From assembly GCA_964456595.1 (NCBI GenBank), contig CAYWCJ010000002.1:1-32959 (forward strand): 32,959 nucleotides of DNA, read 5' to 3'. Source of the stretch: an uncultured Gemmatimonas sp. (lineage in GTDB: Bacteria > Gemmatimonadota > Gemmatimonadetes > Gemmatimonadales > Gemmatimonadaceae). Shown here in pieces: positions 1 to 7,887 of the stretch. Each line of letters starts with the position of its first letter. The first letter of the stretch is position 1. The notes under the pieces were generated by a model. That model saw nothing but the letters and a program-made list of their open reading frames with translations, did no database searches and had not been told where the DNA came from. Position numbers and translations under genes: made by a program.

Positions 1-306
1 GTAGAACACCACCGTCGTCGAGTCGTCGATGCCCTTGCGGCGCAGCAGATCGGCGAATGCGTCGCGTGCGATGTAATCGCGTTCCACCTGATCGTTGAGA
101 TCGATGTGCCAGTCGAGTTTCTGTGCGCCGGGGATGTGCTCCACGTCGTACAGCAGCACGTCTTCATTGCACTCCAGCAGGCGCAGTGTCGGGTGGTGCA
201 GCTGTGCGGCGAGCCACTCGGTCGAGACGAGGCGCGCCGGGTGTGCATACCCCTTGGCGACGATGCGAGGGTCGGGGAGGCCGGGTAGCGAATCGATTTG
301 CGTCAT
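1..306 (-). CDS. Thiosulfate/3-mercaptopyruvate sulfurtransferase (rhodanese, SseA/CysA-like), 5' part; runs off the window
   Basis: Manual translation from ATG 306: [79 protein letters not shown]...[18 protein letters not shown], YxxxHIPGA and GIxxxTTVVFY are typical rhodanese motifs. No stop codon in the window. Confidence 0.9.
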   Translation of the reverse strand, partial: MTQIDSLPGLPDPRIVAKGYAHPARLVSTEWLAAQLHHPTLRLLECNEDVLLYDVEHIPGAQKLDWHIDLNDQVERDYIARDAFADLLRRKGIDDSTTVVFY

Positions 307-380
307 CGATGAAAGCTGAGCCGCGTGTCAAGCGTCGGGAAGGTGGTCACGGCGCGCGGCTGTTCGGGATAGCTTCCAAC

Positions 381-1511
381 ATGGAATCGAGCGGCGTGGA
401 CCTCACCGATGTACGGGTTGCCGGCGCCGCGATCGCCTATCGGCTCTACGACGTCGGCTACGCCATCGACCTCGCGCGGGCGCTCGATCTGCTGGCGGCG
501 AGTTCCCCCGAGCGAGTACGGCCGGTGCGCGGAGAGGGGCAGGCGCTGCAGATCCAGAACCCGCCGATCACCGTGCTGCTGGGCGCTGAGATGCTGGTGG
601 TCGGCGCCGTGTCGCACGAGGTCGAGCTCTCGGCGCGCATCTTCGACTTTGGTGTGATCTCGTTGCGGGCACGTGTGCGGGCGCCCGCGCTGCAGTCGTG
701 GGAGTCGTACACGGCGCTTGGTCAATCGATCGACCATCACCCGGCGATCGAAACGTCCGTCGCACAGCATCTCCGTCTCTTGACGAATCGGATCGAGAGT
801 GCCATCGAGCGACCGTTCACGGCCTCGGTGCGCGAGGACTACACGGTCTTTCGTGTCACACGCATCGTGGGGACCGACGGCGCAATGGTGACGGCGCAGC
901 GACTCGCCGAGCTGGATGTCGTGCCACTGCTGCTCGACGAGGAGCGCCCGCTGAGTGCGGAGGCGCGACGTGAGCTGTTGCCGCATCGGTTCTCGTACTA
1001 CTCCGACGACCTCGCCATCCTGACCTGGAACAACGCGTTGATCGTCGAGCCCGGTGAGCAGGACACCGACCTGCAGTACATCCTCGAGTTCGCGAATGCA
1101 CAGCTGTTGGAGCTTCGGTACTACGACGCCGTGCTCGACGCCGAGCTGCCGAAGCTGTACGACGCCATCGAGGCCGCGCGTGCTCGTCGATCGGTGTTCC
1201 CGGGCCGACGATTCGCCGGTCTGCTGTCACGTCTGCAGGCACAGGTGGCTGACTCGACGGAGTTGGTGGAACGGGTGGAGAACGCGCTCAAGGTGACGGA
1301 TGACGTATACCTGGCGCGCGTCTACTCGGCGTCACTCGAACTCTTTCGCGGCACGGCCTGGCGGGCCGGCATCGATCGCAAGCTCGCCATCCTTCGCGAC
1401 ACGTACGCCATGCTCAATCAGGAAGCGCAGGCCGCTCGCAGCGAGACGTTGGAGATCGCGATTGTGGTGCTCATCGTGGCCGAGCTCGGCATCGCGTTGC
1501 TTCGTCACTGA
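381..1511 (+). CDS. RMD1/YagE (DUF155)-like protein
   Basis: ATG 381 inside ORF 123..1511. Contains RIFDFGVISL, QLLELRYYD and a C-terminal LEIAIVVLIVAEL hydrophobic tail resembling the RMD1 family. Confidence 0.65.
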   Translation: MESSGVDLTDVRVAGAAIAYRLYDVGYAIDLARALDLLAASSPERVRPVRGEGQALQIQNPPITVLLGAEMLVVGAVSHEVELSARIFDFGVISLRARVRAPALQSWESYTALGQSIDHHPAIETSVAQHLRLLTNRIESAIERPFTASVREDYTVFRVTRIVGTDGAMVTAQRLAELDVVPLLLDEERPLSAEARRELLPHRFSYYSDDLAILTWNNALIVEPGEQDTDLQYILEFANAQLLELRYYDAVLDAELPKLYDAIEAARARRSVFPGRRFAGLLSRLQAQVADSTELVERVENALKVTDDVYLARVYSASLELFRGTAWRAGIDRKLAILRDTYAMLNQEAQAARSETLEIAIVVLIVAELGIALLRH

Positions 1512-1753
1512 CTCGACCTTGATGCTATCCGTGTTGCATCGACGGCCCCCCAGGCGTGGATGGGTCGTTCACCGAGCGCTGAGCGACCGGCACGGCGACG
1601 GGCTTGGCCGCCGGTGAGGGTGACGGATTAGCTTATGACCATCGGTGCCATGCGACGCCGAAGTCTTCCGGCCCGGCGGGCGCTGGCGGACACACCATCG
1701 CCTGCAATGCGGTCATCCGACGGCAGACGCGGGGGCCCGCCCGAGGAACGCGC

Positions 1754-2056
1754 GTGGATCTGGACCGCGAGACGGTGGCGTCGGCGATTGTAGGCACTGG
1801 TGGAGCCTGGTTGCTGGGCTCGGCCCTCTTTCATCGCCGCACTGGACGCTGGAACGCAGCGCAGTTGCGCGGTATGGCCTACGCGGGCGTGGGATTCCTG
1901 ATGAGTGCGGCCGCGGCGCGTTGGCTGCAGCACTGGGGCAATCGTGGCATCGCCATCTCATTGGTGGGAACAATGCTGGCGATGCGCGGCATGTACACAC
2001 TGGTGCGCGAGCGCGCGGCGCGTCGTGCGAACGAGAAGCCCCGAATGCCGGAGTAA
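1754..2056 (+). CDS. Small hypothetical membrane protein (about 3 TM)
   Basis: GTG 1754 preceded by GAGGA (1743-1747), in frame with ORF 1604..2056. Three hydrophobic segments; the stop abuts the next gene. Confidence 0.6.
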   Translation: MDLDRETVASAIVGTGGAWLLGSALFHRRTGRWNAAQLRGMAYAGVGFLMSAAAARWLQHWGNRGIAISLVGTMLAMRGMYTLVRERAARRANEKPRMPE

Positions 2057-2057
2057 C

Positions 2058-2414
2058 GTGAACAAGCCTTTGCCGGTGATGGAGCGATACTCGCGGCACG
2101 TGCTGGTGTGTACAGGGGAATTCTGCTCCGAATCACGCAGCGGACGGGTGATCTACGGCAAGCTGGCGTCGCTGCTACAGCGCGAGGGACTGCTGTTCGG
2201 TCCGACTCGCGTGAAACGCAGCGAGGCACCGTGCCTGGGAGTCTGCGGCGGCGGGCCGATTGTCGCGGTATACCCGGAGGGGGTCTGGTACGCTTACGTT
2301 GGACCGGAATTGCTCGAACGGATCGTGGTCGAGCACCTGAAGGACGGGCGGGTGGTTGAGGACAAGGTATTCCACCGCCTGGCCGAGGTCGACGCCAGAC
2401 CACAGGACCGTTAA
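2058..2414 (+). CDS. Thioredoxin-like [2Fe-2S] ferredoxin
   Basis: HVLVCTGEFC...CLGVCGGGPIVAVYPEGVWY...RIVVEHL; four Cys ligands. Start is GTG 2058 or ATG 2079. Confidence 0.88.
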   Translation: MNKPLPVMERYSRHVLVCTGEFCSESRSGRVIYGKLASLLQREGLLFGPTRVKRSEAPCLGVCGGGPIVAVYPEGVWYAYVGPELLERIVVEHLKDGRVVEDKVFHRLAEVDARPQDR

Positions 2415-2510
2415 CCACCAAGTTTCCGGTGGTGAGTATGGGTTTTGGGCTGTGAGTGGCCCTGGGCAGAGATCGCCTCATCGCACCGTCACTTGCCTTG
2501 TCTGCCTCAT

Positions 2511-2873
2511 CTACGAGCTGGCCTCGGAGCTGCGCTGCCCCCGAATCCCCTCCACGAAATCCGTAGAACGCTCCACAACGCCCCGGCGCGCGAGCTCCTC
2601 GGCCACCGCTCGTAGATGTCTTGGCCATAGATACCGCGCGTGCCGAAAGAAGTTCCGCCGAGCGTCGGGATTCTCCGCGAGAAATTGGGCCAGCGGGCGG
2701 TGCGCCTTGGCTGTGTTGCAGGCCTTGCAGGCGGTCACTACGTTGCCGTCTGAGCCATCGCCGCCGCGCACCCTCGGCTGGACGTGATCGACGCTCAGCA
2801 GTTCCGGTTCCTGTACGAGCCCGCAGTATGCGCACCGGTATGCGTCCCGTGCGAAGATCTCTGCGCGTTTCAT
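2511..2873 (-). CDS. HNH endonuclease (McrA-like, Zn-finger type)
   Basis: MKRAEIFARDAYRCAYC...SVDHVQPRVRGG...NVVTACKACNTAK. A GGAGG RBS lies upstream of ATG 2873. Confidence 0.9.
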   Translation of the reverse strand: MKRAEIFARDAYRCAYCGLVQEPELLSVDHVQPRVRGGDGSDGNVVTACKACNTAKAHRPLAQFLAENPDARRNFFRHARYLWPRHLRAVAEELARRGVVERSTDFVEGIRGQRSSEASS

Positions 2874-3020
2874 TCTGCCTGATCCTCCGTGGACGTCCCG
2901 AACAGCGCACGACGGATGCTGCTCCAGCACGTGACGCGCCTCTTCGACAGCGACGAGGCCGCGTCCTCGCCGAACGACCTCCCGCCCCGACTCAACTTCA
3001 AAGCCCTCGAGGCCCTTCGT

Positions 3021-3200
3021 ATGTCGCGTTCCCGTGAACGTATTCTCGCCAACCTCGAAGAGATGTATCGCGAAGCTTTCGATCGCGCCAAGGAGACGGC
3101 GGATCCAAATGCGATGGCATCGCTCGACTTTGCCTATCGTCGTGAGCAGCTGTACTTCGAGATTCTGCTCGACGTGCGCGACGCGATGGAGAAGCGATAG
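3021..3200 (+). CDS. Small helical hypothetical protein
   Basis: MSRSRERILANLEEMYREAF...QLYFEILLDVRDAMEKR looks protein-like and sits directly before the YfhO gene. Start is uncertain (2916 is also possible). Confidence 0.6.
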   Translation: MSRSRERILANLEEMYREAFDRAKETADPNAMASLDFAYRREQLYFEILLDVRDAMEKR

Positions 3201-3217
3201 CTCGAGGAGACGCGCCG

Positions 3218-5605
3218 ATGACTGAGGCGACGTCGCGCCGCGAGACACTGCTGGCGATTGTCGTGATGGCGATCGGCACCCTGGCGCTTTGCTATCCGGC
3301 CCTTGGCGGGCTGACGCTGCTCAACGAGAACAGCGATCAGTACATCGCCGGTTTCGCCTTTCGCGATTTCGCTGCGCAGTCAATGCGCAACGGGAGCGGA
3401 TTTCCGCTCTGGAATCCATATCTGTTTGGCGGTCTGCCGTACGTGGCGGCCATGCACGGCGACATTTTCTACCCGACGTTCCTGTTGCGGTTGCTGATGC
3501 CGACCGATGCGGCGATGACGTGGGGCATGACGATGCACGTCTTCCTCGCCGGCTGCTTCACCTGGCTGTTCCTGCGCCGGGCCCTTGGCCTCGGGTTCTT
3601 CGGCGCGCTGATCGGCGGGCTGGCGTACGAAATGGGCGGCAATGTCGCCGGACTCGTGTCGCCGGGGCACGATGGCAAGATCTTCGTCGCGGCGCTGCTG
3701 CCGCTCGCGCTCTTTTTTGTGCACCGCGCGGTGCGCGATGGACGCGCATGGGCCTGGGGCAGTCTCGCGATCACGGTGACGCTGGCGGTGCTGACGCCGC
3801 ACCCGCAGCTGCTGCAGTATCTGCTGCTCATGACGGGCGCGTATGCACTGCTGCTCGCGTTCACGGCGTCGCCGACTGGTGCCATCCTGGCGCGCGCGGA
3901 CGCGATCAGGCGATTGGTGCTGGCTGGCGTTGCGGTCGGCGTGGGCATGCTCGGCGGCGCGATTCAGTTCTGGCCGCTGATGGAGTACACGCCGTACTCG
4001 CCGCGCGCTGGTGGCAAGGGGTGGGATCACGCCGTGTCGTACTCGATGCCGCCTGAGGAATTGATCAACACCTACCTGCCGCAGTTCTCCGGGATGCTGA
4101 CGCTGTACTCGGGGCGCAACGGCATCCATCTGCACAGCGAGTATCTCGGCGTGCTGGTGTTGCTGTTGGCGGGGCTCGCGTTTGGCGCATCGCGACTGCG
4201 CCGCAGCATGCTCTGGTTCTGGGCAGGTGCGTTGGTGGTCTCGCTGCTGTGGGCGATGGGTGGTTTCACGCCGTTCTTTCACCTTGTCTACAACCTTGTG
4301 CCGGGCACGAAGTTCTTTCGCGCGCCGAGCACGATGTTGTACGTGGTATCGTTCTGCGTGGCGGTGCTGGCGGCCGTCGGTACGGATCGGGCGTTGTCCG
4401 GTGGCGTGAAGGCGCGCACTCTCATCGGCGCGGTGGTGGGCGGATTGGTCATTGCGCTTCTGGGGACGGTCGGAGCGCTCAACGATTTGGCGACGTCGTT
4501 CGCACCACCTGGTCGAGAGCCGAGACTCGAGGCGAACGCGACGAACATCGTGGTTGGTGCGTGGCGTTCGTTGGCCGTGCTGCTGGTTGGTGCGGCGGTG
4601 CTCTTCGCGCTCGCACGACAGCGCATTGCGGCGAGTGCGGCGGCGTGGAGCCTGATCGCTGTTGTAGCGGTCGATCTCTGGTCCATCGAGCGTGCGTACT
4701 GGCGATTCGCGGCGCCCGCGTCCGAGTTGTACGCCGGTGATGCCACAACGGAGTTCCTCAAGTCGGCACCGACTGGTCGCGTGTGGGCGGTCGCCGCGCA
4801 GCCGATGACCGGCGCGCGCCGCGACCCGTTTCTTGGCAGCGGCGAAGGGAAGGGGACCGGCTTCATGGTGCACGGCATTCGCACGGTCGCTGGGTATCAC
4901 GGCAACGAACTCGGACGTTACGACGACCTGACGCAGTGGGATACCGAGCAGTTCGTCTCCCGCATGAGCAATCCGCGACTGTGGCAATTGCTGAATGTGC
5001 GCTACTTCTACACCAATTCGCCGGAGTCGCCGATTCCCGGTGCGGAGCGACTCGCCGGTCCGGCACGCAATGCCGCGGGTGATACGGTGTCGGTCTATCG
5101 GATGCCGGGCGACAATCCTCCCGCGTGGGTGACACCACTCGCCGTCAAGCTCGATGATGCGGCGGCACTGGCTACGTTGCTCGACGAGCGCTTCGATCCA
5201 CGACGCGTGACGTTGTTCGAGCCTGAGGCGGCCGCGCGTGTGCAGTCGCCGCCGGATTCGCTGCCGGCACCGCTCGACATTCCGATCACGGTGCGCAAAT
5301 GGACACCGGGGCACATCGTGCTGGCACTCGACAGACCCGCTCCGGCCAACGCGACGCTTGTCGTTTCGGAGAACTACTTTCCCGGATGGACGGCCACCGC
5401 CGATGGGAAGGCGACACCGGTCGCAAGAGCGGACTACGTCCTTATCGGTGTCGAACTGCCGGCGGGAGCGCGCGACATCGAACTGATGTTCACGAGCCGC
5501 CCATACGACAACGGCAAGCTGTTGACGTTGCTGTCGCTTGGAATGGCCACACTGGCGTTGGTGGTTGGCCTCGTTGTCGATCGTCGCCGCCGCAGCGTTG
5601 CATAG
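3218..5605 (+). CDS. YfhO-family polytopic membrane protein (GT-C-like)
   Basis: FPLWNPYLFGGLP near the N-terminus, many TM helices, and C-terminal LVVSENYFPGWTATADG plus a final TM. GAGGAG RBS. Confidence 0.85.
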   Translation: MTEATSRRETLLAIVVMAIGTLALCYPALGGLTLLNENSDQYIAGFAFRDFAAQSMRNGSGFPLWNPYLFGGLPYVAAMHGDIFYPTFLLRLLMPTDAAMTWGMTMHVFLAGCFTWLFLRRALGLGFFGALIGGLAYEMGGNVAGLVSPGHDGKIFVAALLPLALFFVHRAVRDGRAWAWGSLAITVTLAVLTPHPQLLQYLLLMTGAYALLLAFTASPTGAILARADAIRRLVLAGVAVGVGMLGGAIQFWPLMEYTPYSPRAGGKGWDHAVSYSMPPEELINTYLPQFSGMLTLYSGRNGIHLHSEYLGVLVLLLAGLAFGASRLRRSMLWFWAGALVVSLLWAMGGFTPFFHLVYNLVPGTKFFRAPSTMLYVVSFCVAVLAAVGTDRALSGGVKARTLIGAVVGGLVIALLGTVGALNDLATSFAPPGREPRLEANATNIVVGAWRSLAVLLVGAAVLFALARQRIAASAAAWSLIAVVAVDLWSIERAYWRFAAPASELYAGDATTEFLKSAPTGRVWAVAAQPMTGARRDPFLGSGEGKGTGFMVHGIRTVAGYHGNELGRYDDLTQWDTEQFVSRMSNPRLWQLLNVRYFYTNSPESPIPGAERLAGPARNAAGDTVSVYRMPGDNPPAWVTPLAVKLDDAAALATLLDERFDPRRVTLFEPEAAARVQSPPDSLPAPLDIPITVRKWTPGHIVLALDRPAPANATLVVSENYFPGWTATADGKATPVARADYVLIGVELPAGARDIELMFTSRPYDNGKLLTLLSLGMATLALVVGLVVDRRRRSVA

Positions 5606-5643
5606 ACAAACATCAACACATCAAACACTGCTGGCTTAGTCGT

Positions 5644-6450
5644 TCACTGACGCTGCCACATCAGCCACACGCTGCCGGCGAGACCGATCACGCCGATGAC
5701 GGTGCGGATCAGTGCCTGCGGCGTGCGTTGCGCCAGTCCCGACGTGAAGTATCCGCCGAGCACCGAACCGACGGCCATGGCTGCGGCGATGGGCCAGTCC
5801 ACGATGCCCTGCGTGGCGAAGGTGATCGCGGCCACGGCATTGAAGCAGGAGCCGCAGACGTTCTTGAGACCGTTCATCTGATGGATGTTGGTCAATCCCA
5901 TGAGCCCGAGCCCAACGAGCATGAGGATGCCGGCGCCGGCGCCGAAGTAGCCACCGTAAATGGCGATGGCGAGTTGCAGAAACAGGTAGTGAAGTGGCGG
6001 CTGTAGTGCGGGAATCGAGTTCGCGGCGCCTGCGTTCCCGACGGTCTCCGTCCTGCTGCGCGATCGATTCTGCAACCAGGTGGTGACCGGCCGTTGCGCG
6101 ACGAACATCACCGTCGCGCCGAGCATCAGCCATGGCACCAGCGCAGAGAAGCGCGCACTTGGCGTGGAGAGCAACAGCAAGGCACCGAGCAGGCCACCGA
6201 TGAGACTGGGCACCGCGAGATAGAGCGCCCATCGGCCAGTGCCGCGCATCGCGCTTCGATAGCCCCACAGACTCCCCATCGAACCTGGCCACAACGCGAC
6301 GGTGCCCGTCGCGTTGGCCACGATCGGCGGTACACCCAGTCCGACGAGCGCCGGAAACACGAGCAGCATGCCGCCGCCCGCGACGGAGTTGATGGCGCCA
6401 CCGAGTGCGGAGATACCGGCGATTGTGACGAGTTGAATCGGTGTCGGCAT
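5644..6450 (-). CDS. Sulfite exporter TauE/SafE family protein
   Basis: INSVAGGG, ANAT, IYGGYFGAGAG and NGLKN motifs; highly hydrophobic. Confidence 0.9.
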   Translation of the reverse strand: MPTPIQLVTIAGISALGGAINSVAGGGMLLVFPALVGLGVPPIVANATGTVALWPGSMGSLWGYRSAMRGTGRWALYLAVPSLIGGLLGALLLLSTPSARFSALVPWLMLGATVMFVAQRPVTTWLQNRSRSRTETVGNAGAANSIPALQPPLHYLFLQLAIAIYGGYFGAGAGILMLVGLGLMGLTNIHQMNGLKNVCGSCFNAVAAITFATQGIVDWPIAAAMAVGSVLGGYFTSGLAQRTPQALIRTVIGVIGLAGSVWLMWQRQ

Positions 6451-6460
6451 GTTTTCGCGA

Positions 6461-7177
6461 TCAGACTGACGACGAGACGTCGAGGTCGGTCAGCTGGTTG
6501 GCTGCGTCCGCTTCCCGCAGCGCGCGTTGTGTGATGCGCACGAGAATGAGTCCCAACACGACCGTGGCGACGATCCCGACGCCCAGCACCCACCCCGAAA
6601 TCGGCGAGGAGCCATCCGCGCGCGGACCGGCGCCGGTCGCACTGCCGAACGCGGCGTAGGTGATCACAATGGGCGTCAGGCCAAACGTGCCGAGCACGAA
6701 GTCGCGCAACCTCACGCGTGTGACGCCAAGCGCGTAGTTCGTCAGCACGAACGGCACGACCGGTGAAAGTCGCAACAGAAAGACCAGCTTCAATCCGTCT
6801 TCCCCGATCACCCGATCGATGACCGAGAGTGTCGCGTTCTTCGCGACGCGCTTCGACACCTGTTCGCGTGCGACGTATCTGCCCAGCAGGAACGCACACG
6901 TTCCGCCAATGATGGCACCGGTCATGACGAGCGCCGAGCCTTTGACCATGCCGAACACCGCACCGCCGACCATGATCAGAATGAACGCGGGGAGCATCAG
7001 TATGCAGACAATCACGTACGCGCCGAGGAACGCGATCGGTGCCCAAACGCCGAGCGCTTTCACCCAGTCGGCGAACTGCGGCATCCACGGCGACAGCAAT
7101 CGGCCGACCAGCAACCCGAACACGATCGGGATGGCGATGCCAACGGCGCGCGAGACGGTCTTCAGATCCAATCGCAT
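6461..7177 (-). CDS. TVP38/TMEM64 (DedA/VTT domain) membrane protein
   Basis: GGAVFG...G, FLLGRY and LLRLSPVVPFVLTNYALG motifs. Confidence 0.9.
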   Translation of the reverse strand: MRLDLKTVSRAVGIAIPIVFGLLVGRLLSPWMPQFADWVKALGVWAPIAFLGAYVIVCILMLPAFILIMVGGAVFGMVKGSALVMTGAIIGGTCAFLLGRYVAREQVSKRVAKNATLSVIDRVIGEDGLKLVFLLRLSPVVPFVLTNYALGVTRVRLRDFVLGTFGLTPIVITYAAFGSATGAGPRADGSSPISGWVLGVGIVATVVLGLILVRITQRALREADAANQLTDLDVSSSV

Positions 7178-7302
7178 CCGCTAACCATAACGGACGCGAT
7201 CGCTGTTCGGCGCAGCGGCGTCGTGTTGGTGCGTGTTCGCGGCTTGGTGGATCGGCGAGGGGTGTTCGGTGGGTTGCGTCGCAGGATCGGCGATCGGCCG
7301 CA

Positions 7303-7364
7303 GGGTGTCCCAGTCGCCGCTTGCTGCGCTGCGCGCAGAGGCGGCTTTGGGACACCCTCGGCCG
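7303..7364. repeat. Palindromic REP-like repeat, copy 1
   Basis: GGGTGTCCCA...TGGGACACCC self-complementary unit; 60/62 identical to the reverse complement of 7662-7723. Confidence 0.85.
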
Positions 7365-7661
7365 CTCGCCTTGTGACGACACGCGGGGCGCGAGCCGAGC
7401 CGTGTGCGCGCGTCGAACGCCGTAAGGGGAGATTCGTGCGGGCGCCGAAGCAGCGAGCGCGGGATCCGTCAGGAGCTCCTTGTCTAGTTGTGGGTAGTGT
7501 TGGCGCGCGCGCGATTCCATCCCGAATGCCGCGCTGCGACCACTCGATGGCAGTCTCGCCGAACCGGCTGTGCGTCGCGAGCGGCAACCCGCCGCCAGCA
7601 TGCGAAACGTGCCTGGTGCAACCGCGCCCTCGGCGCCTTCGCCCCTGCCTGTGGCCCCCAA

Positions 7662-7723
7662 CGGCCGAGGGTGTCCCAAAGCCGCCTCTGCGCGAAGCGC
7701 AGCGAGCGGCGACTGGGACACCC
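7662..7723. repeat. Palindromic REP-like repeat, copy 2 (inverted relative to copy 1)
   Basis: CGGCCGAGGGTGTCCCAAAGCCGCC...GGCGACTGGGACACCC; 2 mismatches versus copy 1. Confidence 0.85.
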
Positions 7724-7829
7724 GGCGCGCCGATTGAAAGCTCGCGCAGATCTCGACGTGCGCCTGTCCACTCTCGCCGACACCAATCCACACGCCAGTC
7801 GCAACGCCGACCAACAACACGCACGGCAC

Positions 7830-7869
7830 AAACGCAAAACCGGCCGCGTCGCTTTCGCGACCCGGCCGG
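7830..7869 (-). terminator. Rho-independent terminator after the M14 peptidase gene
   Basis: Minus strand CCGGCCGGGTCGC-GAAA-GCGACGCGGCCGG followed by TTTTGCGTTT, 18 nt after the stop codon. Confidence 0.75.
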
Positions 7870-7887
7870 CTTCAACAACGTGTGTGT

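Noticed and set aside
3380-5314. Long antisense ORFs (also 8902..10608, 14366..16525, 27024..28820)
   Set aside because: They are shadows of well-supported opposite-strand genes; stop codons are rare in GC-rich DNA and no motifs were found.
1-6450. Rhodanese + ferredoxin + TauE as a sulfur-handling module
   Set aside because: The genes are separated by unrelated ones and are in different transcription units.
7303-7723. Possible CRISPR array
   Set aside because: Only two copies, inverted, 62 bp long and about 300 bp apart; no cas genes.
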